Positions 27,473-36,785 of a stretch of DNA of 55,083 nt are shown piece after piece. Within the stretch, counting starts at the first letter, position 1; every line of letters starts with the position of its first letter. Below the pieces are notes generated by a model, which did not search any database, had not been told where the DNA came from, and saw only the letters and a program-made list of their open reading frames with translations. This DNA is from a virus (lineage: Duplodnaviria > Caudoviricetes), in IMG/VR virus record IMGVR_UViG_3300023284_000540, positions 1 through 55,083 of that record; one strand, 5' to 3'. Made by a program: the position numbers and the translations under genes.

Positions 27473-27706
27473 CTAAGAATACGGTGGATCAGTTGTGTCA
27501 ATGTCATTGGACTCCGGGTCATCATACTGCCCAGGATAGGGCCAAGGATGAACGCCGTCATCCAAGTGCTCTTCCATTTTTACTCTCCAGAGTGTCGCAT
27601 ACTGACAATAAATGCACTCGTAGTTGTTGTATTCATGCCACTTAGTTATCCTGTAGCCCCTAGTCTGGTCCTCACTGTCAGTTATGATAATGCGGGGCTC
27701 TGCCAT
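27473..27706 (-). CDS. Small C2H2-like Zn-finger protein
   Basis: YECIYCQYAT....MEEH....H. Confidence 0.55.
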   Translation of the reverse strand: MAEPRIIITDSEDQTRGYRITKWHEYNNYECIYCQYATLWRVKMEEHLDDGVHPWPYPGQYDDPESNDIDTTDPPYS

Positions 27707-27804
27707 AAATACATCCAGGTCAGTATAACAATGCAGTCTTTTGAATTACTATGCTTATTAGACATAGGCTCATACCTAATTTAGAACACAGCAAAGTGTA
27801 ATGA

Positions 27805-28611
27805 TTACATCACAGTTCTAAGCGTCTCCCAGGCTGTGCCATTCTCGATTTCAGAAAGTTTCCATTGGCACCATGCTAACTTGTTGACCCAGTAGTACCT
27901 ATCAGGACGGACCAGGAAATCATTCAGGGAATGGCTGGCAACGGGCCAGGGTGTGGCACCAGCATCCAGGGTTACTGTAGGCACCCCAGCCAACACAGCA
28001 TCTACACCAGAATTGGAGTTGAATGTGACACAGAACTCAGCCCCAGCCAAGTCCTGCTCCAGGGGAGCATCCACAGATAGCTCAGCGCCAACCGGACAAA
28101 CCTCTTTATCACTAGCCCAGGGATGAGGTCTAAACCTGACCCTCTTACCCTGTTGCTTGACCAGTATGTTAGTCACCCCCTGTGCCCACTCCTTCAGGTT
28201 GAGACCATTCAGGGCAGCATCACCAGGAAGCTGTCCGCATATTAGAGCATAACAGCCATCCTCCTTCCAAGGCTTTAGGATGCCGGGCCAGTTGGATTCC
28301 AATCTCTGACCCTGATCCTGGCACTCTGGGAGCTTGCCACGATTGTTCAATCTATCCCAACTTAACGCGGTCCATTTCATACGGTCGGGGAAGAAGCCTC
28401 TCTCCATCAGAAGTAAACGGGCACCGAGGGATTCCATGCCGCCCACAAACTCTTTCGGCTTGTAACCCCAGATAATGGCAATGTCACACTTCGACAAAAC
28501 ACCTCGCGGAACAATTTGTCCTTCAATCCCATGCCGCTTCAGGCCAGCGGCCATAGCATTTGCATGGGCCTTCTGATGCTCACGCTCATTAGTATAAATA
28601 ACGATCTTCAT
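27805..28611 (-). CDS. Capsule-modification KpsS/KpsC-like glycosyltransferase
   Basis: ERGF, GQLPGDA, FRPHP, VTFNSNSGVDAVLAGVP; ATGA-coupled start MKIVIY. Confidence 0.75.
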   Translation of the reverse strand: MKIVIYTNEREHQKAHANAMAAGLKRHGIEGQIVPRGVLSKCDIAIIWGYKPKEFVGGMESLGARLLLMERGFFPDRMKWTALSWDRLNNRGKLPECQDQGQRLESNWPGILKPWKEDGCYALICGQLPGDAALNGLNLKEWAQGVTNILVKQQGKRVRFRPHPWASDKEVCPVGAELSVDAPLEQDLAGAEFCVTFNSNSGVDAVLAGVPTVTLDAGATPWPVASHSLNDFLVRPDRYYWVNKLAWCQWKLSEIENGTAWETLRTVM

Positions 28612-29198
28612 AGGTCTATTCTCCAACCTTCGGAGACATAGTGATGACCGCTCAACCAAGCCACCTTAGCCCCCTCAAACCACTCCCGGAACAGAGAATC
28701 CCATTCCTCATAAGGTCGTTTGTTTATATGGAGTTGCGTGCCATCTGGTAGTTTGGAGTCTCTATTATTTGCCGTGATAAGAACATGCTTCCTGGTTACT
28801 CTCCTTAACTCCTGACAAGCCAGGAAGTCATCCCCAGGAACCAAGTGCTCTATAACGTCAAAAAGTGTAGCCACATCAATGGATCGTTCTGGCAGTGGCA
28901 GCTTATGCGCCTCTCCATATACTACCCTATGACCGTCAATCAAATAATTGACAACCTCTGTGCCGAAATATGCAGAGAATCCTATAGATTTAGCATAGTC
29001 TATCATTTCCCCACGACCACACCCGACATCCAGATAGGTACCTCTGCAAGGTACATCCAACAGGTCCCTCTTAGCATCCCTCGTTCTACACAGCCCCATA
29101 GCATACTTCAGGTCCCGGTATGCCTCATCGTACTTCCTATATTCACGTTGGCGCACTTCATAAGCGATGAGTTTCATTTCGGAGGTTTCAGATGACAT
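28608..29198 (-). CDS. Class I SAM-dependent methyltransferase
   Basis: LDVGCGRG, D...LFDVIEHL. Confidence 0.9.
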   Translation of the reverse strand: MSSETSEMKLIAYEVRQREYRKYDEAYRDLKYAMGLCRTRDAKRDLLDVPCRGTYLDVGCGRGEMIDYAKSIGFSAYFGTEVVNYLIDGHRVVYGEAHKLPLPERSIDVATLFDVIEHLVPGDDFLACQELRRVTRKHVLITANNRDSKLPDGTQLHINKRPYEEWDSLFREWFEGAKVAWLSGHHYVSEGWRIDL

Positions 29199-29802
29199 TT
29201 GCGATTATCTCCTTCCTGAAACACAGAAGCTTGGAGGCTCTGCTACAGTTGATGACGTTTATACCAGCCTTGTGCAGATCATAGAAGGCACTGTCAAAAG
29301 CGGCAATAAACTCTGCATAGTTAGATGCTTTGTCTAGCAAGCCTGGATGACCATCATGCCAATGTGTCTTGTGAGGCTGCGTGCCCATGTCAAAGCCTAA
29401 CAGGAGAATTCTCTTGGCTCCGAACAGCACGGCCAAGTTCAAGGCTTGAAACCCTGAGTTGCCCCCCGGGCCATTGGTCCCTCCCAGATGGATCAGCCCA
29501 GGTGTAAAAGAAACACTAGAAGCGTAATTATACCCAATTAGGTTCAGGCCGTATTTATCACTAGCGTCCTTGCTGCATGTCCACTTTTGACCAGAGAATG
29601 CATTGGTGCGAATGTGATGAAGCGCCCACCAGTCAAAGTCGCAGGCATATAACAGATCAGCCCACGGAGCCAGCAAGTAAGCATTATTAACAGCTACAAC
29701 TTTAGCCTTGCCCTTGCAGTAGTCCACGTCCTGCCTAGTAAGAGATGGACCCCCACCCAGGATAACGACGGTCTCTCCTTCCCATATCCTGGATGTAATC
29801 AT
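29188..29802 (-). CDS. MptE/Maf(DUF115)-like, sialyltransferase-fold putative glycosyltransferase
   Basis: ILGGGPSL, AVNNA, NSGFQALNLA...GAKRILLLGFDM, VINCS. Confidence 0.7.
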   Translation of the reverse strand: MITSRIWEGETVVILGGGPSLTRQDVDYCKGKAKVVAVNNAYLLAPWADLLYACDFDWWALHHIRTNAFSGQKWTCSKDASDKYGLNLIGYNYASSVSFTPGLIHLGGTNGPGGNSGFQALNLAVLFGAKRILLLGFDMGTQPHKTHWHDGHPGLLDKASNYAEFIAAFDSAFYDLHKAGINVINCSRASKLLCFRKEIIANVI

Positions 29803-29806
29803 TACA

Positions 29807-30211
29807 CTATACCTTCTGCCACCAAATCAGGAACCGGGCTATCACCTGATGACGCTCCACCTCGCCATTGAACAGTTCCCAATCCATCATGTGCCTGACT
29901 ATTTGCACATGAGCCTCAGTAACAGAGGCTATCACCACGTTGCCGGTGAACCCGAACAGGTAGTTCTTGATGGAGGTCCGCAGAGTGTCGGCAGCCTCAT
30001 AGTCCTTATCCCATATATTGACCTGAACGATTGACCTGGCTAAGTCACTAGCCCCGGTCATCGACTCTAACTCCTTAGATTGTATTTCCTGTACTGTAAC
30101 GTAAGGGTCTCCGGCGTCATTGGGCAATGGAGGGGGACTAATCCCAGCTATAGTGGGACTGGGGAACTGAGTATTGAGCAAGGATACGACTGCCGCTGTA
30201 TGGCTAACCAC
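29807..30211 (-). CDS. Tail terminator/completion protein (DUF3168-like)
   Basis: PYVTVQ, VQVNIW...Y..A; gene position. Confidence 0.7.
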   Translation of the reverse strand: MVSHTAAVVSLLNTQFPSPTIAGISPPPLPNDAGDPYVTVQEIQSKELESMTGASDLARSIVQVNIWDKDYEAADTLRTSIKNYLFGFTGNVVIASVTEAHVQIVRHMMDWELFNGEVERHQVIARFLIWWQKV

Positions 30212-30662
30212 CAGACACCAAACCTCTCACAAGTTCGGTTACACCTGAATGAACCTCATCCCTAATCTCTGCATCCCGGCCAAAGACAGAATTGAGCAAG
30301 ATACCAGGAGGGGCAGTGGCTGTCCCATTGAACTCAATGAACGGGGCATAGTCTTTGTGAGACACATTCCTGGAATCATTGATCAACTTCTCCCCCCCAG
30401 CCTGCAAAACCACCCTGGCTCTCACTGCGGCTGCCTCAACCACATCCAAGGATATAGAGTCCCTACTGGCTCCAGTCTGCACAGGCCACTCTGACACAGC
30501 CTGGTCAAAACTAGGTCCCATTGCCTTGAGCAGAATATCAACTATAGCCTCCCCAGTGACTCCAGCCTCCAACCTACTCATTCCAAAGGTATTTAGCTGG
30601 ACCCCTACCTGTGTCCCAGGGAGCCTGGACCTTGTACCTGTTGTTACTCTGACATCGGCCAT
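30204..30662 (-). CDS. HK97 gp10-like neck protein
   Basis: PVQTGASRDSI, YAPFIEFNG. Confidence 0.75.
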   Translation of the reverse strand: MADVRVTTGTRSRLPGTQVGVQLNTFGMSRLEAGVTGEAIVDILLKAMGPSFDQAVSEWPVQTGASRDSISLDVVEAAAVRARVVLQAGGEKLINDSRNVSHKDYAPFIEFNGTATAPPGILLNSVFGRDAEIRDEVHSGVTELVRGLVSGG

Positions 30663-31045
30663 TACGGTGTTATTATCTCCAAACGTAACCTGGTGCTATG
30701 TAAGTTACCGTCATGCTCCACCCCCACGATAGGGTAAGAGACTCCGTCTACCTGAGCGACCATAGCATTGGCCTTTATCGTGGAGAAGTACCCGTTCAGT
30801 TTACATTGCCTAGCCGTTACAAGAATATTGGCATCCGAACTACGCCTCTCCTTGTCCGTGGGCCGAAGCTCAATAAGAGGTCCTATACGGCAGGATATGT
30901 TGACTAGACCAGCCACGGCAGTCTCCCCACTAGGCACCTTCTGATTAGCCTTGTTCGTGGTGAAGGTCTGGGTTGCAACGGTGCAACGAGACGGGTACAT
31001 GCCGTCCAGAGTCGCCCTCATTCTGTTGTCTATTAGAGGTCTCAT
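30662..31045 (-). CDS. Head-closure/head-tail joining protein
   Basis: Size and position; VDGVSYPIVGVEHD..TRLRL. Confidence 0.7.
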   Translation of the reverse strand: MRPLIDNRMRATLDGMYPSRCTVATQTFTTNKANQKVPSGETAVAGLVNISCRIGPLIELRPTDKERRSSDANILVTARQCKLNGYFSTIKANAMVAQVDGVSYPIVGVEHDGNLHSTRLRLEIITP

Positions 31046-31593
31046 CCTTCTCTCATGTTATCTTTAATGACTTTCTCACGGAACCCGGCAGCATCATTGA
31101 TCTGCTCCGCAAGGTCAAATACAGGTTCCAGATAAGCCTGCTTACGGAGGCTTTCAGCCTGGTCCCTCAGAGATTTGGCCAGGGCTGGGCCGTCAGTCTG
31201 AAGGTCCAACACCTTTATTTTCTTCTGGATAAGAGCCTGAGTAGCCGCAATAGAGTCAAGAGCAGCAGCAGCGGCCAACTTGAGATCATCACCCTCTATG
31301 GAAAAGAAATCAGTCAGTTGGGCGTCTGACAGCAGACTATGCTCATAGGTTATGACCACTTCCTTGTCAGTGGCGGGGGCCGTCAGGAAAGTAACCAAGC
31401 CTAGAGCATCATTCAAAGTATAGTCTGTAACCTCCACTTTAGCCGACCCATCAACAGTCACGGTCTGAGTGTCCGGCCTGACCGGGGTGTTTGGTATTGC
31501 ATATTCTAAGGTGGTGCCGTCTCCTGTAGCAGTGGCCCTGTCATACAGGAAAGGATCACCGATCAGGTTTCTCATCTGGGACTCAGTACTCAT
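31042..31593 (-). CDS. Head-tail adaptor with an inserted beta domain
   Basis: RNLIGD...LSDAQL..F...AAAAALD.IA, TDGPALAKSLR; insert GDGTT...VTFLTAP. Confidence 0.75.
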   Translation of the reverse strand: MSTESQMRNLIGDPFLYDRATATGDGTTLEYAIPNTPVRPDTQTVTVDGSAKVEVTDYTLNDALGLVTFLTAPATDKEVVITYEHSLLSDAQLTDFFSIEGDDLKLAAAAALDSIAATQALIQKKIKVLDLQTDGPALAKSLRDQAESLRKQAYLEPVFDLAEQINDAAGFREKVIKDNMREG

Positions 31594-31629
31594 AGGATTC
31601 CCCCCCTAGAGTGTAATCATTACACTTTT

Positions 31630-32574
31630 TTACTTGGACTCCGGCTTCATTTCTGAATCGGATTTGAATGCTGTGGATTTGCCTCCCAACAATGTGGACT
31701 TACCCCCCATAAGACGTATTAGATTGGGTATAACCCCTACAATACCACCTGCCAGTATAGCAGAAAATGTACTCATACTGGAAGTCAACACCTTGCTCAC
31801 CAACCTACTGATGGACCCTGAGAAAGTGGACATGGATGCGGGTAAAGCCTTTAGAGTCAACCGGGTAACGGACCCTGAGAAAGTAGACATGGAAGCCGCA
31901 AATGCTATAAGAGCTACCTTTACCCCCGTAAGGACTGCACTGAATGTAGACATGCTGGCGGTCAGAATCTTGTCCGTGAGCTTGGTGACTGACCCAGAGA
32001 AAGTTGACATGGAGGAGGTTAGACTTTTCAAGGTCTCTTTTGTAAGTGACCCTGAGAATGTAGACATAGAAGCTGTGAGAAGTTTGATGGCCACCTTCAC
32101 GCCAGTTAGTACCGCACTGAATGTAGACATGGAAGCCGCCAGTACCTTGTCCGCCCGTTTGACTAGCGTACCTGCAAAAGTGGACATGGATGAGGCTAGA
32201 ACCTTCAGGGTCAGCTTGGTAGTGGCGCCGGAGAAAGTAGACATGCTCGCCACCAGAACCTTAGCCGGTATCTTAATCAGGGTACCGGCAAAAGTAGACA
32301 TGGAGGCTGTGAGAGAGTGTAGGGTGACACGAGTTAGGGCACCAGCGAAAGTGGACATCCCACTAGTCAAAACCTTGTCTGCTCTCTTGATTATAGTAGC
32401 GGCAAATGTTGACATAGAAGAGGTTAGGCTCTTCAGAGTCTCCCTGGCAAGCGCCCCTGAGAAGGTAGTCATAGAGGCAGTGAGAGTCTTGAAGGATAAG
32501 ACTCCACCCTTGCTCAGCGTCCCCAGAGGATTAGGGCGCGGATAATGCCTGAATGGTTGGCGAAATATCCCCAA
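31630..32574 (-). CDS. Ser/Thr-rich tandem-repeat virion protein (13 repeats of ~19 aa)
   Basis: Repeats of K-x-L-x-[AS]-S-M-S-T-F-[SA]-G. Confidence 0.75.
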   Translation of the reverse strand: MGIFRQPFRHYPRPNPLGTLSKGGVLSFKTLTASMTTFSGALARETLKSLTSSMSTFAATIIKRADKVLTSGMSTFAGALTRVTLHSLTASMSTFAGTLIKIPAKVLVASMSTFSGATTKLTLKVLASSMSTFAGTLVKRADKVLAASMSTFSAVLTGVKVAIKLLTASMSTFSGSLTKETLKSLTSSMSTFSGSVTKLTDKILTASMSTFSAVLTGVKVALIAFAASMSTFSGSVTRLTLKALPASMSTFSGSISRLVSKVLTSSMSTFSAILAGGIVGVIPNLIRLMGGKSTLLGGKSTAFKSDSEMKPESK

Positions 32575-32577
32575 CTA

Positions 32578-33048
32578 TTATCCTCCAATTTCCTCAATCG
32601 TGATGGTGCCACTCGCCGTAATCGAGTCGGCAGGAGTTGTAGCTAACTCAACCGTTAAACGGGCACTGGGAGATATTACCGGACGGGTCTCAGGGGTCCA
32701 TATCTTTTGCAGCATGATACGAACATTCCAGTGCCATGCGTACTTCGTAACAATCGACCCCGTTATAGCCTTCGTTGTATTGTTCACCTCAACCGTTCCA
32801 CCAAAGGCCGCATCGTTCAGTAACCTGGGGATAGCCGTTGGAGCCGTGCCGCCGGAGCCAGAGGTAGTCTGCCCAGACTTCAGAAGGATAGTCAGCATTT
32901 CTTCCTCTGCATCCTTAACCTCAGTCTCTTGAGATATTTCAAGCTCATGGACCAGCACTATGGAATCTGCGGGCGCGACTATCTCAAACAAGTCCTGCTG
33001 AGCTGTCATCGCAACCCCATCAAATGTGACCGTATAGATTCTTCCCAT
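32578..33048 (-). CDS. Putative virion structural protein
   Basis: Beta-rich; GGAGG RBS; in the head-neck region. Confidence 0.7.
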   Translation of the reverse strand: MGRIYTVTFDGVAMTAQQDLFEIVAPADSIVLVHELEISQETEVKDAEEEMLTILLKSGQTTSGSGGTAPTAIPRLLNDAAFGGTVEVNNTTKAITGSIVTKYAWHWNVRIMLQKIWTPETRPVISPSARLTVELATTPADSITASGTITIEEIGG

Positions 33049-33065
33049 ATTATGCCTCCTTTTAC

Positions 33066-33764
33066 TTACCTTCCCATCAATTGTCGCATTGGGTTCGCCC
33101 CTACAATCAAGCTACCTGCCGCCGCAGCCGCTGGCCGAACCGCTGTTATATTTGCAACCCAACCCTCTAAGTTGTTCATGGTAAATGTTCCAGGGTTATC
33201 ACTGGTAGCATTTAGGTCTCGCCGCGCTGAACCGCCCAAGCAAGAAGAGGAAAAATCGTTTGCCCGTGCATCTAGCTCATTAGTATAGCTTGTGGGTATG
33301 GCGTCAACAGTTCCGTTCCCACTGGGGTCATCACCCCCAAAGTGCGCGATCCAAAGAGTATCTTCTGCGCCCCAACTCGGTATCAGATTGGGCGGATCAG
33401 GACTTACACTCGCGCCTTCTGCTGCTGTACCCACTTCTGGTGGAGTAGTCCCATGCCAGCTTGTGATGCGGTACACCGCCGCCACTGCGGTTTCGGTTCC
33501 GCTGGTGACAAAATCAACTGTGGTTCCACCTTCAGTTCCATCAGCGATCTTATAATAGCCACTGTGGCGCACACTGGGTGAACGAGTCTCAGAAAAAAGC
33601 TGGGTCCAACCAGTCGGGGTCGCTACAGTATCAGCGGCATCGTTGGTGAACATAACCAACAATAAATCACCGGAATTGACGGTGGTTGGCATGTCCACAA
33701 GATGTTCAGTGGTGTTGCTCGCAAATGCTTCAATCGTCTCATCTGATACAATAGGAAAAGCCAT
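33066..33764 (-). CDS. Putative virion decoration/adhesin-like protein
   Basis: GDLLL...TPTGWT...YYKIADGTE pattern, Thr-rich. Confidence 0.7.
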   Translation of the reverse strand: MAFPIVSDETIEAFASNTTEHLVDMPTTVNSGDLLLVMFTNDAADTVATPTGWTQLFSETRSPSVRHSGYYKIADGTEGGTTVDFVTSGTETAVAAVYRITSWHGTTPPEVGTAAEGASVSPDPPNLIPSWGAEDTLWIAHFGGDDPSGNGTVDAIPTSYTNELDARANDFSSSCLGGSARRDLNATSDNPGTFTMNNLEGWVANITAVRPAAAAAGSLIVGANPMRQLMGR

Positions 33765-33765
33765 T

Positions 33766-34140
33766 TTACGAACCTGTTGACTGCGCCCCAGCTATCAGTC
33801 CCAGTGATATTAGACCCGACTCCAAAGAATCTTGAGCGTCAGTTATGATAAGTAGAAGGGCCGTCTTCTGAGCAGAAGTGAGTGTGATTTTACGGTAGAA
33901 GTCTAGTTGTGGAACTGATGTTTCCAGAATGGAGTTACCAGTGGCAGGAATAGTTACAACTAAAGTTCCAATCAATGGCTGCATAGCCGGATTCGCAGTA
34001 GAAGTCAATACAAGACTTCCTCGAACCGTTCTGGCTATTGCATCCAAAACGAACGGAGAGATCACCATCTTGTCATAAGAAACCGTAGCTGTTCCACCTA
34101 AGACACTTTTGATACTAATGGGCGTTGTCAAACTAATCAT
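33766..34140 (-). CDS. Hypothetical structural protein
   Basis: GAGGAG RBS; operon context. Confidence 0.65.
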   Translation of the reverse strand: MISLTTPISIKSVLGGTATVSYDKMVISPFVLDAIARTVRGSLVLTSTANPAMQPLIGTLVVTIPATGNSILETSVPQLDFYRKITLTSAQKTALLLIITDAQDSLESGLISLGLIAGAQSTGS

Positions 34141-34178
34141 TGTAAACTCCTCTCATTTGTAATGATTACGTTACTAAC

Positions 34179-34207
34179 AAAAATGGGCCACCCGAAGGCG
34201 GCCCGTT
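34179..34207 (-). terminator. Rho-independent terminator
   Basis: AACGGGCCGCC-TTCG-GGTGGCCCATT followed by a T run. Confidence 0.8.
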
Positions 34208-34232
34208 AGCGGCAAGGAGAACGGCTCTACCC

Positions 34233-34862
34233 CTAAGAGCCACCATTATTGACCGTTAAAGTATAAGTAAACTGGATACTGTCACCACTCACCACATTGA
34301 TTGCAAGGAATACCCGACGATCCCAAAGAGAACCAGCAGTCAAAGCACTGAAGAGACCCCATTCAGTGATCGCCTTGGTGGTAGAGTAGGACCTCGTCGC
34401 TACAGAACGATATTGATTGGCAGCCGGATTGGAGGCGGTACCAGATACTCTAGCCTCACCATCCGTAGTCTCAATATCCGTGTCGCCCACGGCTGCCGCT
34501 GTGGTGCCGATGCCAGCATCATGGAACTTGAATCCACTGATAGTGGGTGTGACTCCATCGGAAGCGAAGTCCGTGGCCATATAGTTGACCCCGGCTGTAG
34601 TGACGAGACCAAACATCACCAAAGCCGTAGGATCATACAAGGACCACAACAGGAAGCCGAGAGAGGACATGCCCAAGGGAGCTTTTCCTGTGGCTATCTT
34701 CTTCCTAAACAACCACTTCCAGCACATCAGCATGGATATGATACGGGTTCGTAGAGACCTCCCTCCACCGGAGATGAGGCCATAGTCAACCCTGGTTCCA
34801 TCCTTACGGATCAGGACAGCTCCAAGCTCCCCCTTGCAGTCTATTCTGCCACCCATCTCCAT
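34233..34862 (-). CDS. Virion structural protein (tail-collar/fibre N-terminal-like domain)
   Basis: VTTAG, GIGTTAA..GDT, AITEWGLF, F..INV..GDSIQFTYTLT. Confidence 0.7.
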   Translation of the reverse strand: MEMGGRIDCKGELGAVLIRKDGTRVDYGLISGGGRSLRTRIISMLMCWKWLFRKKIATGKAPLGMSSLGFLLWSLYDPTALVMFGLVTTAGVNYMATDFASDGVTPTISGFKFHDAGIGTTAAAVGDTDIETTDGEARVSGTASNPAANQYRSVATRSYSTTKAITEWGLFSALTAGSLWDRRVFLAINVVSGDSIQFTYTLTVNNGGS

Positions 34863-34863
34863 A

Positions 34864-35043
34864 TCAATTCTCCCCTCGTTCGGGCCTCCGCTTCGGCAGT
34901 GATTCCTTCACACTGTAAACCGGCCCATTCTTCTTGGGCTTTGATCCCATCAACTGGCTCTGAACCAGCAGCTCATCCAGGATCGCCTTCAGATAAAGCT
35001 CTACCGTAGTGGATGCCAGAGGAAGATCGTAAGGCCACCCCAT
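34864..35043 (-). CDS. Hypothetical 59 aa protein after the MCP gene (not in ORF track)
   Basis: AAGGAG RBS; MGWPYDLP...ELYLKAILDEL. Confidence 0.55.
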   Translation of the reverse strand: MGWPYDLPLASTTVELYLKAILDELLVQSQLMGSKPKKNGPVYSVKESLPKRRPERGEN

Positions 35044-35052
35044 CTCAACTCC

Positions 35053-36264
35053 TTACGAGAGTGAACTGTCAGACGACACTGCCATCTTCACATCCCCTTG
35101 GGATGCTCCAAAGATGTGACGGAGCTTGTAGTCAATCGCATCCGTATCGAAGTCACCCTCGGTGGGATCAACCGCCCCACCACCCAATTGCCTCTGGTCA
35201 GAATCCTTCACGAACAACTGCGGGTCTCTCCGGCCACGAAGGAATCCGAAGTGGAAAGCGGGCCGCTGTGTCGCATCATTCGGGTCAGCAATCAGGAACC
35301 AGGGGTCCGTGGACAGGGAGGTTGCAATGATCTCGATATAGGGATTCACAACCAAGGTCAATTTGGATTTCATCCAGTTAGCAACCTGAAGGAACTGCTC
35401 AGTGGTACCCCCACCCGTGGGTCCACGAATTTCGAGGGTCAGAGCATTGAGGATATTCTGGGCAGTGACAGACAGATTGGGGCTGACCACAAGAGTCACA
35501 GCATCGATCAGGATAGGCTCACTATCCTCATCCAATTGAGCCGCAAGGACTTTGAAGGCCGTCTGCAAGCCAAGGATAGTCAGGGCGGGATTGGCAGTAA
35601 CGATGTTTTTGTTGCCAGCCGTGAAGAACGAGGCATGGGGACCGTTCGCATCCACCAACTGCTGAGTGGCCAGTTTCTCCTCTGACCTCCGAGCAGCTAC
35701 GGCCATCATCTGCGGCCTGTTCTTGAAAGCATTCAGGTCATCGTTAATCAGCATCTCAAAGGAGATGCCATAACGCTGACCATACTTCTCCACGAGGAGG
35801 GTTTTCTTACCTTCCTTGAAAGCGAACTCTTTGTAGGGTTCCCTCTCAGCCACTTTAGGCAGCTGCCCCTGACCCCCATCAATGGTGTACATGTTCATGG
35901 TCCTGAAATCCTTCAGATCATGCACCCTCATCCATTTCTGGTAGCTCACAGGCCACGCCCGATAGTTGCCAAGTAGCTGACGATAAAGCAGATCGCCAAA
36001 CAGATCGGGGAAATCAGCTATGGTCATGGCTTCCTGCAAGTGGTAAGATGGTCTACTACCATCCATTACCCCTGCGAACAAATCAGCACACTCGGCCACG
36101 GCTGCCTTCCACCTGGGATCATTGCGCCGACGGATCAGCCTTTCTCCGCTGGTCAGTCTATAGGAGGGATCAAACCCCTCCTTACGAGGGTCAAACACGG
36201 TCAGAGACTCCTTAACTGCTGTAGCCTCAGCCGCAATCTTCTTCAACTTAGCTGCAATACTCAT
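35053..36264 (-). CDS. Major capsid protein (HK97 fold, Mu gpT-like)
   Basis: EAMTIADFP.L, DFR, KYG....ISFEMLINDDL, LVV.P.L, DFDTDAIDYKLRH.FG. Confidence 0.9.
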   Translation of the reverse strand: MSIAAKLKKIAAEATAVKESLTVFDPRKEGFDPSYRLTSGERLIRRRNDPRWKAAVAECADLFAGVMDGSRPSYHLQEAMTIADFPDLFGDLLYRQLLGNYRAWPVSYQKWMRVHDLKDFRTMNMYTIDGGQGQLPKVAEREPYKEFAFKEGKKTLLVEKYGQRYGISFEMLINDDLNAFKNRPQMMAVAARRSEEKLATQQLVDANGPHASFFTAGNKNIVTANPALTILGLQTAFKVLAAQLDEDSEPILIDAVTLVVSPNLSVTAQNILNALTLEIRGPTGGGTTEQFLQVANWMKSKLTLVVNPYIEIIATSLSTDPWFLIADPNDATQRPAFHFGFLRGRRDPQLFVKDSDQRQLGGGAVDPTEGDFDTDAIDYKLRHIFGASQGDVKMAVSSDSSLS

Positions 36265-36317
36265 TTGGTCCTCCTAATAGACCGGGAATACAGTGTAATG
36301 ATTACACTATTAATAGG

Positions 36318-36737
36318 CTAGGGTAGTGCTCCAACCTTGACCTGAATCTTGGTGGTGAGGACACCAGATGCCACCAGGGTTGCGCCATCATCCCCAAAGG
36401 CAACACCGAACGGAACCCCGTCCGCTCTCTTGCTCAACGGGGGACCATCACCCTTGTCGAAGTAAATCTTATCTCCGCCGAGAACCGTCACATTGGCATC
36501 GCTCCCGGCGGAGCCACTGTTGTCAACACCCCCCACCAGCAACTCAAAAACACCGTCAGTCTGGATGACAGTCTGGGCGCTGGAATTCACACCGGACAGA
36601 GCCACACCGGGTAGCTTGCCCACAACACAAGGATCACCGGCGATAGGCTGATTGGTTGTCCTTGATGCAGTCTGAGCAATCGCCTTAATCAGCTTGGTTG
36701 TGGTATTTGTCTCCGCATACTTTCTGTTTGTTGCCAT
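36318..36737 (-). CDS. Capsid decoration/cement protein (DUF2190-like)
   Basis: GDPCVVGKLPGVAL, GVFEL.V, GDKIY, PFGVA. Confidence 0.75.
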   Translation of the reverse strand: MATNRKYAETNTTTKLIKAIAQTASRTTNQPIAGDPCVVGKLPGVALSGVNSSAQTVIQTDGVFELLVGGVDNSGSAGSDANVTVLGGDKIYFDKGDGPPLSKRADGVPFGVAFGDDGATLVASGVLTTKIQVKVGALP

Positions 36738-36785
36738 TTCAACTAGCCTCCCTTTTTAATCAAGTTCACTTTCGCAAGCGAGGAC

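Noticed and set aside
28608-29198. DNA methyltransferase
   Set aside because: No DPPY/NPPY or PC motif; the context and DVIEH motif fit a small-molecule or glycan methyltransferase.
31634-32545. 303-aa plus-strand ORF
   Set aside because: Antisense shadow of the repeat protein; opposite to the operon direction, with no RBS.
34158-34170. Palindrome as a host Fur/Zur box (the Bacillus Zur core CGTAATnATTACG is similar)
   Set aside because: Not adopted as the main call: the Zur flanks (AAAT...ATTT) are absent, near-invariance across 25 sites and the intragenic placement are unlike a metal regulon, and no metal-uptake genes are present. It is not formally excluded.
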